Assembly (NCBI GenBank): GCA_964627515.1
Contig: CAZVHO010000008.1
Coordinates: 4,244-68,243, forward strand
Length of the DNA: 64,000 bases
Direction of reading: 5' to 3'
DNA from: an uncultured Thermodesulfobacteriota bacterium
GTDB lineage: Bacteria; Desulfobacterota; RBG-13-43-22
Positions 26,290 to 35,995 of this stretch are shown here, piece by piece (the stretch's first letter is position 1; every line of letters begins with the position of its first letter). Under the pieces are notes generated by a model. It was not told the origin of the DNA and did not search any database. It worked only from the letters and a program-made list of their open reading frames with translations. A program made the position numbers and the translations under genes.

Positions 26290-26485
26290 CAAATACCGCC
26301 GGGTATTTTACGGGAAAATCAGGAAGCGATTGGGATAAATTGGTAAGGATTTAAGCCGACTTAAGGAACATTTGGGGCATGGATAGCAGGTTCGTGCCGT
26401 TGGCTATAATGAGAAGAAAGTACGAGAGTACATTAAGGATCAAAAAAAACTGGATAAAGAGCAAATGGATTTCGGATTAGAGTAG
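26290..26485 (+). pseudogene. Decayed C-terminal relic of an IS200/IS605-type (Y1) transposase TnpA
   Basis: One frame reads YFTGKSGSDWDKLVRI*ADLRNIWGMDSRF. A shifted frame reads RAVGYNEKKVREYIKDQKKLDKEQMDFGLE*. Together these resemble the TnpA tail Y(L/F)KGKS…LRK..WG…(Y)F..TVG…(I/V)..YI..Q, recalled from memory. There is an in-frame stop and a frameshift, and no N-terminal HUH part is present. Confidence 0.4.
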
Positions 26486-26695
26486 ATCGAGTCCCTTTCA
26501 AGTGCCCTCAGCAAGCCATCGGCCCGGCCGGTGGTTATGACTCTTAGTATTCACTCTTTGTATTCACTCCCCCCTCACCGCGCATCCCCCACCCACTCCG
26601 AAAGAGTGTTCAAGGAATGGAGCTTCCGTTCAGGTACAACCTATTTGCGATTGCGGAGCATTTATGCCCGCCAATCTTGTTAGGGAAGGAAATCC

Positions 26696-27568
26696 ATGAG
26701 TATTCAAAAACGATTACAAAGCGGAGAGTTTGTCGTTCTGGCTGAAATGAACACACCCAAGGGGGTGGATATTTCCCGGTTTATGACCGATGTCCGGCGT
26801 ATTAAGGGACGTCTTGACGGAATTGTCGTTCCTGACATGAATAACGGTGTAATGCGAATGAGCGCCCTGGCTGGCGGTGCCTTGGTCCAGCAGCAGGGGA
26901 TTGAGTCCATCATCACGGTTTATGGACGGGACCGCAACCGAATGGCTTTGCAGGGCGATTTGTTGGCCGCCCATGTGCTGGGTATTCAGAACCTGATTGT
27001 GGTTCAAGGGGAGGATATGGCCAACAGTGACCAACGGAACGCCTTGCCGGTCAACGATCTGGATGAACTGGGGTTGCTCAACACCATCCGGACCCTTCAG
27101 GACGGAAAGGATTTGGCCGGCTTTGATCTGGAAGGCAGGCCGGAATTCCAGGTCGGCTGTCATCTCGCACCTTTTATTGACGATGCCGGGCTGAACAGAG
27201 AACTGGACCGGGCCCGGGAAAAGATCGCCGCCGGCGCCGGCTTCCTGGTTACCCCGCCGGTATTTGATATCGACCGTTTTGAGGCTTTCAGGCAGAAAGC
27301 CGCTGCGCTCAAAGTGCCCGTCATCGCCTCGGTCTTCCTTATAAAATCGGTGGCCGTGGCCCGGTATATGGCTGCCAATGAACCCGGGGTATCTATTTCC
27401 GAAGAGCTGATCGGACGAATCCGTAAGTCTTCCGACCGCGAGATGGAAGGCGTTAAAATCCTCGGGGAAACCATTGCCGCCCTTCGAAAAATGGCCCAGG
27501 GCGTCCTGATTCAGACCATGGGCTGGGAGCACCGCTTGTCCGCGATTCTCGATATCGCCGGCCTCTGA
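26696..27568 (+). CDS. Methylenetetrahydrofolate-reductase-family protein (MetF paralog)
   Basis: It is 290 aa and aligns with the MetF at 31781 (…VVPDMNNGVMRMSALAGG…ITVYGRDRNRMALQGDLLAAHVLGIQNLIVVQGED versus …VTDNQTAMVRMSSFAAG…MVTRDRNRLAMQADIIGAYAHGINTMLCLSGD). Confidence 0.75.
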   Translation: MSIQKRLQSGEFVVLAEMNTPKGVDISRFMTDVRRIKGRLDGIVVPDMNNGVMRMSALAGGALVQQQGIESIITVYGRDRNRMALQGDLLAAHVLGIQNLIVVQGEDMANSDQRNALPVNDLDELGLLNTIRTLQDGKDLAGFDLEGRPEFQVGCHLAPFIDDAGLNRELDRAREKIAAGAGFLVTPPVFDIDRFEAFRQKAAALKVPVIASVFLIKSVAVARYMAANEPGVSISEELIGRIRKSSDREMEGVKILGETIAALRKMAQGVLIQTMGWEHRLSAILDIAGL

Positions 27569-27583
27569 AACCAAACATTCAAA

Positions 27584-30500
27584 ATGGAAATGAAAAATAG
27601 AGATATGAAAACAGCAGACCGATTTCAAAACAGCGACAGGGTTTTGGTGATCGGAGGCGGTATTGGGGGCATTCGGACCGCGCTGGATCTGGCTGAGGCC
27701 AAAAAAAACGTCGTTCTTATCGACCAGGCCAATGCCATCGGCGGATTGATGACCCTCCTGGACCGGACCTTTCCGACCAACAACTGCGACCTTTGCACCA
27801 TCTCCTCGACCCTGTCAGAAACCAACCGCAACCAATATATTCAATTGATGCCGCTGACCCGGATCACCCAACTGAGCGGCCAGGCCGGCGAGTTTACGGC
27901 GGTCCTGTCTACCGCACCCCGCTACATCGATCTGATGCGCTGTACGGCCTGCGGGGAGTGCCGCCGGCTGTTTCCGGAGTGTGTGGATTTCAACCCCGGT
28001 CTGGATCATCGGGCACCGACCTGTATGCGTTACCCTCAGATCACCCCCCAGGCCTTCTCCATCGATCTGATGCGTTGCCAGGATCCCCAGGCCCTGGTGG
28101 CCTGCTGTCCGGCCGGTGCCATAATGGCCAACGACCAGGAACGTCAGGTCCGGATGCCGGTGGCCTCGATCGTCCTGGCCCCGGGCGCAGCGATTTTTGA
28201 CCCCTCCGGCTTAGACACCTTAAGCTACGGTCTTGATCCCGATGTGCTCACCAGCCTGGAATACGAGCGTCTCTTGTCGGCTTCCGGACCCACCCAGGGA
28301 AGACTGCTCTGCCCCTCCGACGGCCGCGTCCCCTCTAAAATTGCCTGGATTCAGTGTGTCGGATCCCGGGGGCTGCAGAAAGGCGCCTCGTCTTATTGTT
28401 CGAGCGTCTGTTGTATGTTCGCACTCAAGGAGGCCGTGGTCACCAAGGAGCGTTTCCAGGAAAGCATTGAGACGGCCATTTTTTATATGGACATGCGAAC
28501 CTTCGGCAAAGACTATGAACGCTATTATGAACGGAGCCGGAAGAAATACGGGGTGCGATTTGTTCGAAGCCGGCCCAACAGCGTCTCCCGAAAAAGCGGA
28601 GAGGATCGTTTGACCATAACCTTTGCTTCCGATCAAGGCGGCCCTCCGGCCGAAGAGTCTTTTGATCTGGTGGTCCTTTCCACCGGCTTCCGGGTCAACG
28701 AAGACCTCCGGCAGACGGCCGCCTGTCTGGGAGTCGATCTGAACCCCCACGGCTTTGCCCAAACCGGTCCTTTTAATCCGGTGGCAACGTCCCGACCGGG
28801 AGTTTATGTCTGCGGAATGTTTGAAAGCCCTAAGGACATCCCTGAAACCATGGTCCAGGCCAGTGCGGCAGCCTGCCGGGCCTCGGCCCATTTAACCTCT
28901 CAGACGGATTTAACCGATACCGAAGGCACCTTCCCGCCGGAACGGGAGGTAGCCGGCGAAGAGCCCCGAATCGGGGTGTTTGTCTGCGATTGCGGGGAGG
29001 ATATCGGGGGTGTGATCAATGTGCCGGAATTGACGGCCTTTGCGAAAACCCTGCCCGGCGTGGTCCTGGCCGAAGGGGTCGGTCACGGTTGCAGCCGCGA
29101 ATCCATGAGCCATATCGAGGAAGCAATGGTCAGCCGGAAGCTCAATCGCCTGGTGATCGGAGGATGCTCCCCCCGGACCCATGAAACCCGGTTTCAAGAC
29201 CTCCTCCGTCGGGTCGGATTGAACAAATACCTGCTCGAAATCGCTAATCTCCGGGATCAGGACACCTGGGTCCATCCGGATCAGCCTTTAGAGGCCGAGG
29301 TCAAAGCGCGGCAGTTGATCTGGGCCGCAGTCCTGGCCGTGAAAAAAGCCCGCCCCCTTCCGGATAACCGCTTGCCCATCAACCGCGATGTTCTGGTCGT
29401 TGGCGGCGGCGTAGCTGGAATGACCGTCGCCCTTCGGCTGGCCGATCAGGGCTTCAAGGTCTTCCTGACCGAACGGCGGTCCCTCCTGGGCGGCCTGGCC
29501 AACCTGGTCCGCCGAACCCTGGACGGTGAAGACGTCCAGATATTTATCCAGGACCTGATCCAGCGGACCATGGCCCACCCTAATATTCAAGTCATTACCA
29601 ACGCCTTTATCGTTGACCACAGCGGAATGCCCGGCCTTTTTAAAACCGGGCTGCAGGTCGGTCCCCAGATGTTTTACCGGCAACTCAGCCACGGGGTTAC
29701 GATTCTGGCAACCGGGGCCTTGCCAAACCGTCCCGAAGGCTACCTGCTCGGCCGGCACAACGCAGTCATGACCCAGTTGGAGGCCGAGGCCTTGCTCGAA
29801 GACAGGCCCCAACAGACCGCTAACTGGGAAAATGTCGTCATGATCCAGTGTGTCGGCTCGAGACAGCCGGACAACCCCAACTGCTCGCGGATCTGCTGCC
29901 AGACGGCCATTAAAAACGCCCTGAGCATTCTGGATAAAAACCCCGAGACCCTTATCTGGATCCTTTATCGGGATATGCGGACTTATGGCTTCCAGGAAGA
30001 CTATTACCTGCGGGCCCGGGAAAAAGGGGTTATCTTTGTCCGTTATGAACCGGACCAGCTCCCGGAGGTCCGGGCCGCCGGGAATCAGGTGGAGGTGTCC
30101 TTCACCGATCCTATCCTGGGTCGATCCCTGAGCGTTTCAGCAGACGCTTTGCTTTTAAGCACCGGATTTATCAGCGATGACGAATCGGCAGAAGATCTGG
30201 CGGCGATTTTCAAAGTCCCCAGGACCCCGGATGGTTATTTTCTGGAGGACCACATCAAACTCAGGCCCGTGGATCTTTCCAAACCGGGGTTCTTCATGGC
30301 CGGAACGGCCAACGCCCCCCTGTCCATCCGGGAGACCATCGCCCAGGCCGAGGCCTCGGCCGCCAGGGCCCAGACCTTGCTCAGTCACGACAGCATCAAT
30401 CTGGGTGCTGCTATTGCCAGGGTCGATTCCAAAAAATGCGCCGCCTGTCTGATCTGCGTCCGGGCCTGTCCCTTTGACGTCCCCTTTATCAATGCGGACG

Positions 30501-30646
30501 GTTATTCGGAAATCGACCCGGCCAAGTGTCACGGCTGCGGCCTGTGCGCCTCCGAGTGCCCGGCCAAGGCCATACAATTGATGCAGTTTGAAGACGACCA
30601 GATTCTGGCCAAGCTCAACGGTCTGCTGGAAAGGATGGTGCAATAA
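27584..30646 (+). CDS. hdrA: Large HdrA-like FAD/FeS oxidoreductase with two tandem HdrA-type modules and a C-terminal 2x[4Fe-4S] ferredoxin domain
   Basis: It has two dinucleotide-binding motifs (VLVIGGGIGGIRTALDLA and VLVVGGGVAGMTVALRLA). HdrA-type Cys motifs are present (CDLC, CTACGEC, WIQCVGSR…CSSVCC and MIQCVGSR…CSRICC). The C-terminus has CAACLICVRACP and CHGCGLCASECP. Confidence 0.85.
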   Translation: MEMKNRDMKTADRFQNSDRVLVIGGGIGGIRTALDLAEAKKNVVLIDQANAIGGLMTLLDRTFPTNNCDLCTISSTLSETNRNQYIQLMPLTRITQLSGQAGEFTAVLSTAPRYIDLMRCTACGECRRLFPECVDFNPGLDHRAPTCMRYPQITPQAFSIDLMRCQDPQALVACCPAGAIMANDQERQVRMPVASIVLAPGAAIFDPSGLDTLSYGLDPDVLTSLEYERLLSASGPTQGRLLCPSDGRVPSKIAWIQCVGSRGLQKGASSYCSSVCCMFALKEAVVTKERFQESIETAIFYMDMRTFGKDYERYYERSRKKYGVRFVRSRPNSVSRKSGEDRLTITFASDQGGPPAEESFDLVVLSTGFRVNEDLRQTAACLGVDLNPHGFAQTGPFNPVATSRPGVYVCGMFESPKDIPETMVQASAAACRASAHLTSQTDLTDTEGTFPPEREVAGEEPRIGVFVCDCGEDIGGVINVPELTAFAKTLPGVVLAEGVGHGCSRESMSHIEEAMVSRKLNRLVIGGCSPRTHETRFQDLLRRVGLNKYLLEIANLRDQDTWVHPDQPLEAEVKARQLIWAAVLAVKKARPLPDNRLPINRDVLVVGGGVAGMTVALRLADQGFKVFLTERRSLLGGLANLVRRTLDGEDVQIFIQDLIQRTMAHPNIQVITNAFIVDHSGMPGLFKTGLQVGPQMFYRQLSHGVTILATGALPNRPEGYLLGRHNAVMTQLEAEALLEDRPQQTANWENVVMIQCVGSRQPDNPNCSRICCQTAIKNALSILDKNPETLIWILYRDMRTYGFQEDYYLRAREKGVIFVRYEPDQLPEVRAAGNQVEVSFTDPILGRSLSVSADALLLSTGFISDDESAEDLAAIFKVPRTPDGYFLEDHIKLRPVDLSKPGFFMAGTANAPLSIRETIAQAEASAARAQTLLSHDSINLGAAIARVDSKKCAACLICVRACPFDVPFINADGYSEIDPAKCHGCGLCASECPAKAIQLMQFEDDQILAKLNGLLERMVQ

Positions 30647-31119
30647 TGGAAGAATTCGAACCGGTCATTATCGCCTTTTGCTGCCACTACTGCGCCTATA
30701 CCGCCGCGGATATGGCCGGCAGTCAACGGCTCTCTTATCCCCCGAACGTCAAAATCATCCGCGTTCCCTGTTCCGGGAAGGTCGATACCATCCACCTGCT
30801 GAAGGCCTTTGAAAACGGCGCCGACGGTGTCTATGTGGCCGGTTGTCTGGAAGGGGATTGCCACTTTAAGAGCGGCAACGTGCGGTCCGCCAAACGGGTG
30901 GCCTATGCCCGGAAGCTCTTAGACAGCATCGGCATCGGCGGCGAAAGATTGGAAATGATCAACCTGTCGGCCGGGATGGGGGAGCGCTTTGCCGAGATGG
31001 CCGGACAGATCACTGAAAGAATCCGGAGTCTGGGACCCAACCCGATTCGAAATGGAGGCCGGCCGGCCGGCTCCCCCGTAGCCGTGGTCCAAATACTGAA
31101 GGAGGAACAATCGCAATGA
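30646..31119 (+). CDS. mvhD: MvhD-type (methyl-viologen-reducing hydrogenase delta subunit) electron-transfer protein
   Basis: The signature is IIAFCCHYCAYTAADMAGSQRLSYPPNVKIIRVPCSGKVD…GADGVYVAGCLEGDCHF. The start overlaps the hdrA stop (TAATG). Confidence 0.9.
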   Translation: MEEFEPVIIAFCCHYCAYTAADMAGSQRLSYPPNVKIIRVPCSGKVDTIHLLKAFENGADGVYVAGCLEGDCHFKSGNVRSAKRVAYARKLLDSIGIGGERLEMINLSAGMGERFAEMAGQITERIRSLGPNPIRNGGRPAGSPVAVVQILKEEQSQ

Positions 31120-31784
31120 TAACAGCGGAACGCAAACCCCTGGAAGAAATCATTGAATATATCCGGCCCTTTCAAAGAGTACTGCTGGTCGGATGCAACG
31201 AGTGTGTAACGGTTTGTGCCGTCGGCGGCCGTAAGGAAGTCGGGATTTTATCCTCGTTGCTGCAAATGTCGTTTCTGAAGCAGGGGAAAAATTTACAGAT
31301 TCGGGAACATACCCTGGAACGCCAGTGCGATCCGGAATACGTTGAAGAACTGACGTCTCTGATCGATGGCGTCGATGCGGTCCTGTCCATGGCCTGCGGC
31401 TGCGGCATACAGGAGATCAGCCACCGCTTTAAGGCTAAACCGGTGTTTCCCGCCGTCAATACCAAGTTCATGGGGGCATCGGAACGACAGGGTGTCTGGT
31501 CCGAAAGGTGCCAGGGGTGCGGGGATTGTCTGCTGGGGATCACCGGTGGGATTTGTCCGATTGCCCGGTGTTCCAAACAATTGATGAACGGCCCCTGCGG
31601 CGGTTCCACCTCGGGTAAATGTGAGATCAGCCCGGAGGTGGACTGCGCCTGGCAGTTGATCTGGGATCGGCTCAAGGCACTGGGGATGGAAAAGAGGTAC
31701 GAAGAAATCATACCGGCTAAAGACTGGAGACCTGGCCGGGCCGATGGCCCCCGTAGAATTATCAGAGAGGATTTGGCAGAATGA
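31116..31784 (+). CDS. metV: MetV (methylenetetrahydrofolate reductase C-terminal-domain protein)
   Basis: It is Cys-rich with the characteristic LMNGPCGG motif and CNEC/CGC motifs. It overlaps both neighbours by ATGA. Confidence 0.8.
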   Translation: MITAERKPLEEIIEYIRPFQRVLLVGCNECVTVCAVGGRKEVGILSSLLQMSFLKQGKNLQIREHTLERQCDPEYVEELTSLIDGVDAVLSMACGCGIQEISHRFKAKPVFPAVNTKFMGASERQGVWSERCQGCGDCLLGITGGICPIARCSKQLMNGPCGGSTSGKCEISPEVDCAWQLIWDRLKALGMEKRYEEIIPAKDWRPGRADGPRRIIREDLAE

Positions 31785-32707
31785 AAACCGCAAGCGTGCT
31801 CGAGAAAGTATTGAAAACCGGAAATTTGGCCGTAACCTCGGAATGCGGTCCGCCGAGGGGCGCAGTCCCTGAAAAAATACGCCAGAAAGCAGAGATGCTG
31901 AAAGGCTATATAGATGCTGTTAATGTCACTGATAACCAGACCGCCATGGTCCGCATGTCCAGCTTTGCCGCCGGGGTTTTTCTACGGCAGCTCGGTCTGC
32001 ATCCGATCCTGCAGATGGTCACCCGGGACCGCAATCGATTGGCCATGCAGGCCGATATCATCGGGGCCTATGCCCATGGCATCAATACCATGCTTTGTCT
32101 GTCAGGAGATCATCCCCATTTTGGAGACCATCCCATGGCGGCCAGTGTCCATGACGTCGACTCCATCCAGTTTGTCCAGATGGTCAAAAAAATGCGGGAA
32201 GAGGGCAAGTTTCAGGGTGGCGCCGATATTGAAAATCCGCCCAAAATGTTCATCGGGGCAGCGGCCAATCCCTTTGCCGACCCCTTTGAACTCCGGGTGG
32301 CCCGTCTGGCCAAAAAGGTGGCGGCCGGCGCCGATTTTATTCAAACCCAATGCATCTACAATGTGGACAAATTTGAAAAATGGATGGAAGGGGTCCGCAG
32401 TCGCGGGTTACATGAAAAATGTTATATCCTGGCCGGCATTACGCCCTTGAAGTCGGTCGGTATGGCCCGTTATATGAAAAACAAGGTGCCGGGTATGGAT
32501 GTACCCCAGGAGTTGGTGGATCGGATGGCCGGGGTGCCCAAAGACCGACAGGCCGAAGAAGGCATCCGGATCTGTGTTGAGACCATTGAAAGGCTCAAAC
32601 AGGTTCAAGGCGTTGCCGGATTTCATATCATGGCCATCGAATGGGAACAGAAGGTGCCTGAAATTGTGGAACGGGCCGGGCTCTATCCCCGTCCTGAGGT
32701 GGAATGA
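31781..32707 (+). CDS. metF: Methylenetetrahydrofolate reductase MetF (acetogen/sulfate-reducer type)
   Basis: It is 308 aa with TSECGPPRG…VTDNQTAMVRMS…MVTRDRNRLAMQ…DFIQTQCIYN and lies directly downstream of metV. Confidence 0.85.
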   Translation: MKTASVLEKVLKTGNLAVTSECGPPRGAVPEKIRQKAEMLKGYIDAVNVTDNQTAMVRMSSFAAGVFLRQLGLHPILQMVTRDRNRLAMQADIIGAYAHGINTMLCLSGDHPHFGDHPMAASVHDVDSIQFVQMVKKMREEGKFQGGADIENPPKMFIGAAANPFADPFELRVARLAKKVAAGADFIQTQCIYNVDKFEKWMEGVRSRGLHEKCYILAGITPLKSVGMARYMKNKVPGMDVPQELVDRMAGVPKDRQAEEGIRICVETIERLKQVQGVAGFHIMAIEWEQKVPEIVERAGLYPRPEVE

Positions 32708-32766
32708 GGGATAGATCTATCGAAAGATATTTGAAATTTCTCTGTTGCATGTTACGGGTTGATAAA

Positions 32767-32950
32767 ATAATACTACAGCGACACTTTTCCCGTCATTCCC
32801 GAATGTCTTTATCGGGAATCCAGGTTTTCCCAGAAAATGAGAAAACCAAAGTCCCTGGATTCCGCTCCCCGATTTAGACATTCGGGGACAGGCATTAAAA
32901 CATGCCTGAATGACGGTTTAGGGGGCGCATAGCAAAAAAATACGTTCTGA
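32767..32950 (+). mobile_element. MITE-like element, copy b (same subfamily as copy d, opposite orientation)
   Basis: aataatactacagcgacacttttcccgtcattcccgaatgtctttatcgggaatccagg … ccctggattccgctccccgatttagacattcggggacaggc … cctgaatgacgg … gcgcatagcaaaaaaatacg. It is nearly co-linear with the reverse complement of 54611-54797. Confidence 0.8.
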
Positions 32951-32977
32951 GGATTTTAAAAAAAAGGAGAGAAAACC

Positions 32978-33373
32978 ATGAACGACAAAAAACTCATCCT
33001 GGTAGTGGACGATGACCCGGATCTGGTCGAGGCGGTTTCCGTAAAATTGGAGAGCGAAAATTTTCGGGTCAATAAGGCCTATGACGGCGTGGAAGCCATG
33101 GATCAGATCAAAAAGGAACAACCGGATCTGGTTATTCTCGATGTGATGATGCCGCGCAAAAACGGCTATCAGTTATGCGAGGAACTGAAACAATCCGATC
33201 AGTATAAAAATATAGTGGTCCTCCTGCTCACCGCAGTAGGCGCTGCCGTCACCTCCACCAATTATACCCATTGGGATGGTAAGAACACCCTGGCGGATGA
33301 CTACATCCCGAAACCGATCGACCTGGAAAAACTGATGGGGATTGTTAAGGATTATTTGACCCCTGCCGCATGA
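32978..33373 (+). CDS. Stand-alone response-regulator receiver (CheY-like)
   Basis: It has LVVDDDPDLV…DLVILDVMMP…LLTA…KP and is 131 aa. Confidence 0.9.
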   Translation: MNDKKLILVVDDDPDLVEAVSVKLESENFRVNKAYDGVEAMDQIKKEQPDLVILDVMMPRKNGYQLCEELKQSDQYKNIVVLLLTAVGAAVTSTNYTHWDGKNTLADDYIPKPIDLEKLMGIVKDYLTPAA

Positions 33374-33870
33374 ACACCCCTGCAGAGAAATTACCGGTCG
33401 GCGGACTCAAACTGAGCCCGGAGCTGGTCCAGATCCGGTTGCATCCGGAAGCCGGTCGGTCCCTGACCGAGATTTTCCGTCGGTTGGCCGACCATCAGAT
33501 CAATCTGACGGATGGTTCTCTGGATATTACAGATGGCCGACCGACCGGTTTCTGCTTAATTTCCGCAGAGGACCGGTTGTCGGCCGAACAGGCCCTTCAG
33601 CCTTTTGAGGGGGCCTTCGAGATGGTTTCGCCTGTGGGCACGCTGACCATTTTCCCCCATCAATCGCGCCTGGCCCTCATGGGGCGTATCTTATCGGTTC
33701 TGGGCAGTATCGGCCTTCCGGTTTATGGCATCGCTTCTTCGCTGTCATCCCTGATTATCACCACTGATTATGGCCGATTGGATGATGCGGTTTCCGCAGT
33801 CTGCCGGGTGGTGTCCCTGCCGGAAAACCATGCCCCCTTTCGACCGGAATTCCGCGTAAAGCAGCTCTGA
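33370..33870 (+). CDS. Tandem ACT-domain protein (aspartokinase regulatory-domain-like)
   Basis: It has two beta-alpha-beta-beta-alpha-beta-like halves (…LVQIRLHPEAGRSLTEIFRRLADHQINLTDGS… and …GTLTIFPHQSRLALMGRILSVLGSIGLPVYGIASSLSSLIITTD…AVSAV). The ATGA overlaps the receiver gene. Confidence 0.5.
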   Translation: MNTPAEKLPVGGLKLSPELVQIRLHPEAGRSLTEIFRRLADHQINLTDGSLDITDGRPTGFCLISAEDRLSAEQALQPFEGAFEMVSPVGTLTIFPHQSRLALMGRILSVLGSIGLPVYGIASSLSSLIITTDYGRLDDAVSAVCRVVSLPENHAPFRPEFRVKQL

Positions 33871-34409
33871 TGGAAACGATAGCCATTTACCGGGAAGAGG
33901 TTATTAAAACCTATGGATTTGTCGAACGGACCGGCCTTTTCATGGTCACCTTAGATCTGCCTTCCAACCGGCTGACCTATTGGGGGGATGATCTTTTTAC
34001 CCTGATTTCCCGACTGGGCCTTTCATTGGTGCTGCAAATCGCCCGGCCCGCGGCCGCCGATACCCTGCGTCTACATCTCCTTCTGGATGAAACCCCGGCG
34101 GGACCCGGGGGGATGGATTGGCATCAGGTCCTTTTAGATGAATACCCGGGGGGATGGCAAATGGACCAGGCCGTGGATCTGGTTTATTTCCAGGGACCTC
34201 ATTACGGCGACCGGTACGGTATTGCCTATGGGGCCTTAAAGGCTCTGGACACCTGCGGTTTGCCGATCCTGGCCATGGCCTGTCTGGGGGCCTCGGTTTA
34301 TTTGATTTTACCTGAAGGAAAGGCCGGCCCGGCCCGGGAGGCCCTGAAACAGGCTTTTATGATACCTGATAGGGGTGCAGAAACCGGCCGGCCCGGATCG
34401 ATAAAATGA
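33870..34409 (+). CDS. Hypothetical ACT-like protein
   Basis: The C-terminal half (VDLVYFQGPHYGDRYGIAYGALKALDTCGLPILAMACLGASVYLILPE) has the ACT-like pattern. It is translationally coupled on both sides. Confidence 0.4.
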   Translation: METIAIYREEVIKTYGFVERTGLFMVTLDLPSNRLTYWGDDLFTLISRLGLSLVLQIARPAAADTLRLHLLLDETPAGPGGMDWHQVLLDEYPGGWQMDQAVDLVYFQGPHYGDRYGIAYGALKALDTCGLPILAMACLGASVYLILPEGKAGPAREALKQAFMIPDRGAETGRPGSIK

Positions 34410-35932
34410 ATTTTCATTGGCCACACGAAGTGGACTGGCGTCTGCGGGTCTTTGACTCCCTGTCCTTTCCGACCCTGGTTCTGAAGCCGGACCGGACCAT
34501 CATTGCGGTCAATCAGAAGCTGTTGGAAAGATTTGACTGGATCCGGGATGATATCGTCGGAAAAACCTGCCGGGAATTTTTCCAAAGCTTGACCGGCGAC
34601 CAGGATCTTCCCTGTGCCAATAATTCCTGTCCCCTGGATCAAACCCTGGCCGATGGCCTGGGGCATTCCATGTTGCGTCAGATCCAGCATAGGGACGGCA
34701 GTGAACATTGGGAGGACCGCGTTTTTTCCCCTATTCTGGATGAGGAGGGGGAGGTCATTTATATCATCGAATCGATCCGGGATGTGACCAGGTCCAAGGC
34801 CCTTGAAAAGAATTTACAGGATGTCCGGGAGTTTCTCAACCGGGTTCTTCAAAGTTCCGCCAGTGCCATCGTCGCCGCCGGCCGCGAAGGCCGGATCCTG
34901 TTGATGAACCAGGCCGCCGAGGAACTGTTCGGTTACAGCTTCAAACAGGCCCGGGATATAGACGTGAGCAATCTCTATCCTCCAGGCGTGGCCCGGGGGA
35001 TCATGAAAAAACTCAGGGATGATACCTATGGGGGACGGGGAAAGCTCCCGGTTACCCGGGTCGATATCCTGACGGCCCAAAAAGAGCCTATTCCGGTGGA
35101 AATGACCGCGGCCATCATTTACGAGGACGGCAGCGAAGCAGCTACCATGGGGGTCTACAATGACCTGCGTCCAAGACTGGCTGTGGAGAAAAAATTACAG
35201 GAGGCCCAGACCCAGTTGGTCCAGACCGAAAAAATGGCTTCCCTTGGAAGGCTGGCCGCCGGTGTGGCCCATGAAATCAACAACCCCCTGACCGGGATCC
35301 TGCTGTACGGCAATCTGATGAAAGAAAAACTGGAAGGGGACCACCCCCTCCAGTTTAACCTGCATTGTATCTTGGAGGACGCCGGGCGGTGTCAGGATAT
35401 TGTAAAAGACCTTCTGGCTTACAGCCGCCAATCCAGCACCTCCCGGGACCGCTTTTCCCTGAATGCCCTGGTCATCGAGAGTTTCCGCCTGATCCGGGAT
35501 CAAAAACTGTTTATCAATATGGTCATCCGGAAAGAGCTGTCCGGGGACTGGATGCCGGTGAAGGCCGACCGGAACAATATGAGCCAGGTGGTCATCAATC
35601 TGGTGATGAATGCCCTGGATGTTATGAATAAAAAGGGGACCCTGACCTTAAGGACCTATCGCGATGACAGTCAAAGAACAGCCTGTCTGGAGGTATCCGA
35701 TACCGGGGGGGGGATTCCCGAAGAAAATCTGTCCCGGGTATTCGATCCTTTTTTTACGACCAAGGAACTGGGTAAGGGGACCGGTCTGGGCTTGAGCACC
35801 GCTTATGGCATTGTCAAGGACAATAACGGCGACATTTCCATCAAGGAAACCGGACCGGGGGGAACCACCTTTCTGGTGGCCCTGCCGCTGGACCTCGATT
35901 CCATGGAAGATAACCAGGGGGCGATCGGTTAG
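34406..35932 (+). CDS. Cytoplasmic PAS-domain sensor histidine kinase
   Basis: It has two PAS-like modules, an H-box ([12 protein letters not shown]) and an ATPase (DTGGGIP…GKGTGLGLS). No TM segment was seen. Confidence 0.9.
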   Translation: MNFHWPHEVDWRLRVFDSLSFPTLVLKPDRTIIAVNQKLLERFDWIRDDIVGKTCREFFQSLTGDQDLPCANNSCPLDQTLADGLGHSMLRQIQHRDGSEHWEDRVFSPILDEEGEVIYIIESIRDVTRSKALEKNLQDVREFLNRVLQSSASAIVAAGREGRILLMNQAAEELFGYSFKQARDIDVSNLYPPGVARGIMKKLRDDTYGGRGKLPVTRVDILTAQKEPIPVEMTAAIIYEDGSEAATMGVYNDLRPRLAVEKKLQEAQTQLVQTEKMASLGRLAAGVAHEINNPLTGILLYGNLMKEKLEGDHPLQFNLHCILEDAGRCQDIVKDLLAYSRQSSTSRDRFSLNALVIESFRLIRDQKLFINMVIRKELSGDWMPVKADRNNMSQVVINLVMNALDVMNKKGTLTLRTYRDDSQRTACLEVSDTGGGIPEENLSRVFDPFFTTKELGKGTGLGLSTAYGIVKDNNGDISIKETGPGGTTFLVALPLDLDSMEDNQGAIG

Positions 35933-35995
35933 CTTAGGACGGCCCAAAGGTTAAAGTAGAGCAGCCAATCAGGCAGGATTTAAAAGAGGAGCAGC

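Noticed and set aside
25289-27628. Long minus-strand ORFs (25289-26023, 26714-27628, and further ones at 28220-28891, 29288-29812 and 30155-30643)
   Set aside because: Each is antisense to a confidently identified plus-strand gene (LivF-like ATPase, MetF paralog, HdrA). All are shadow ORFs.
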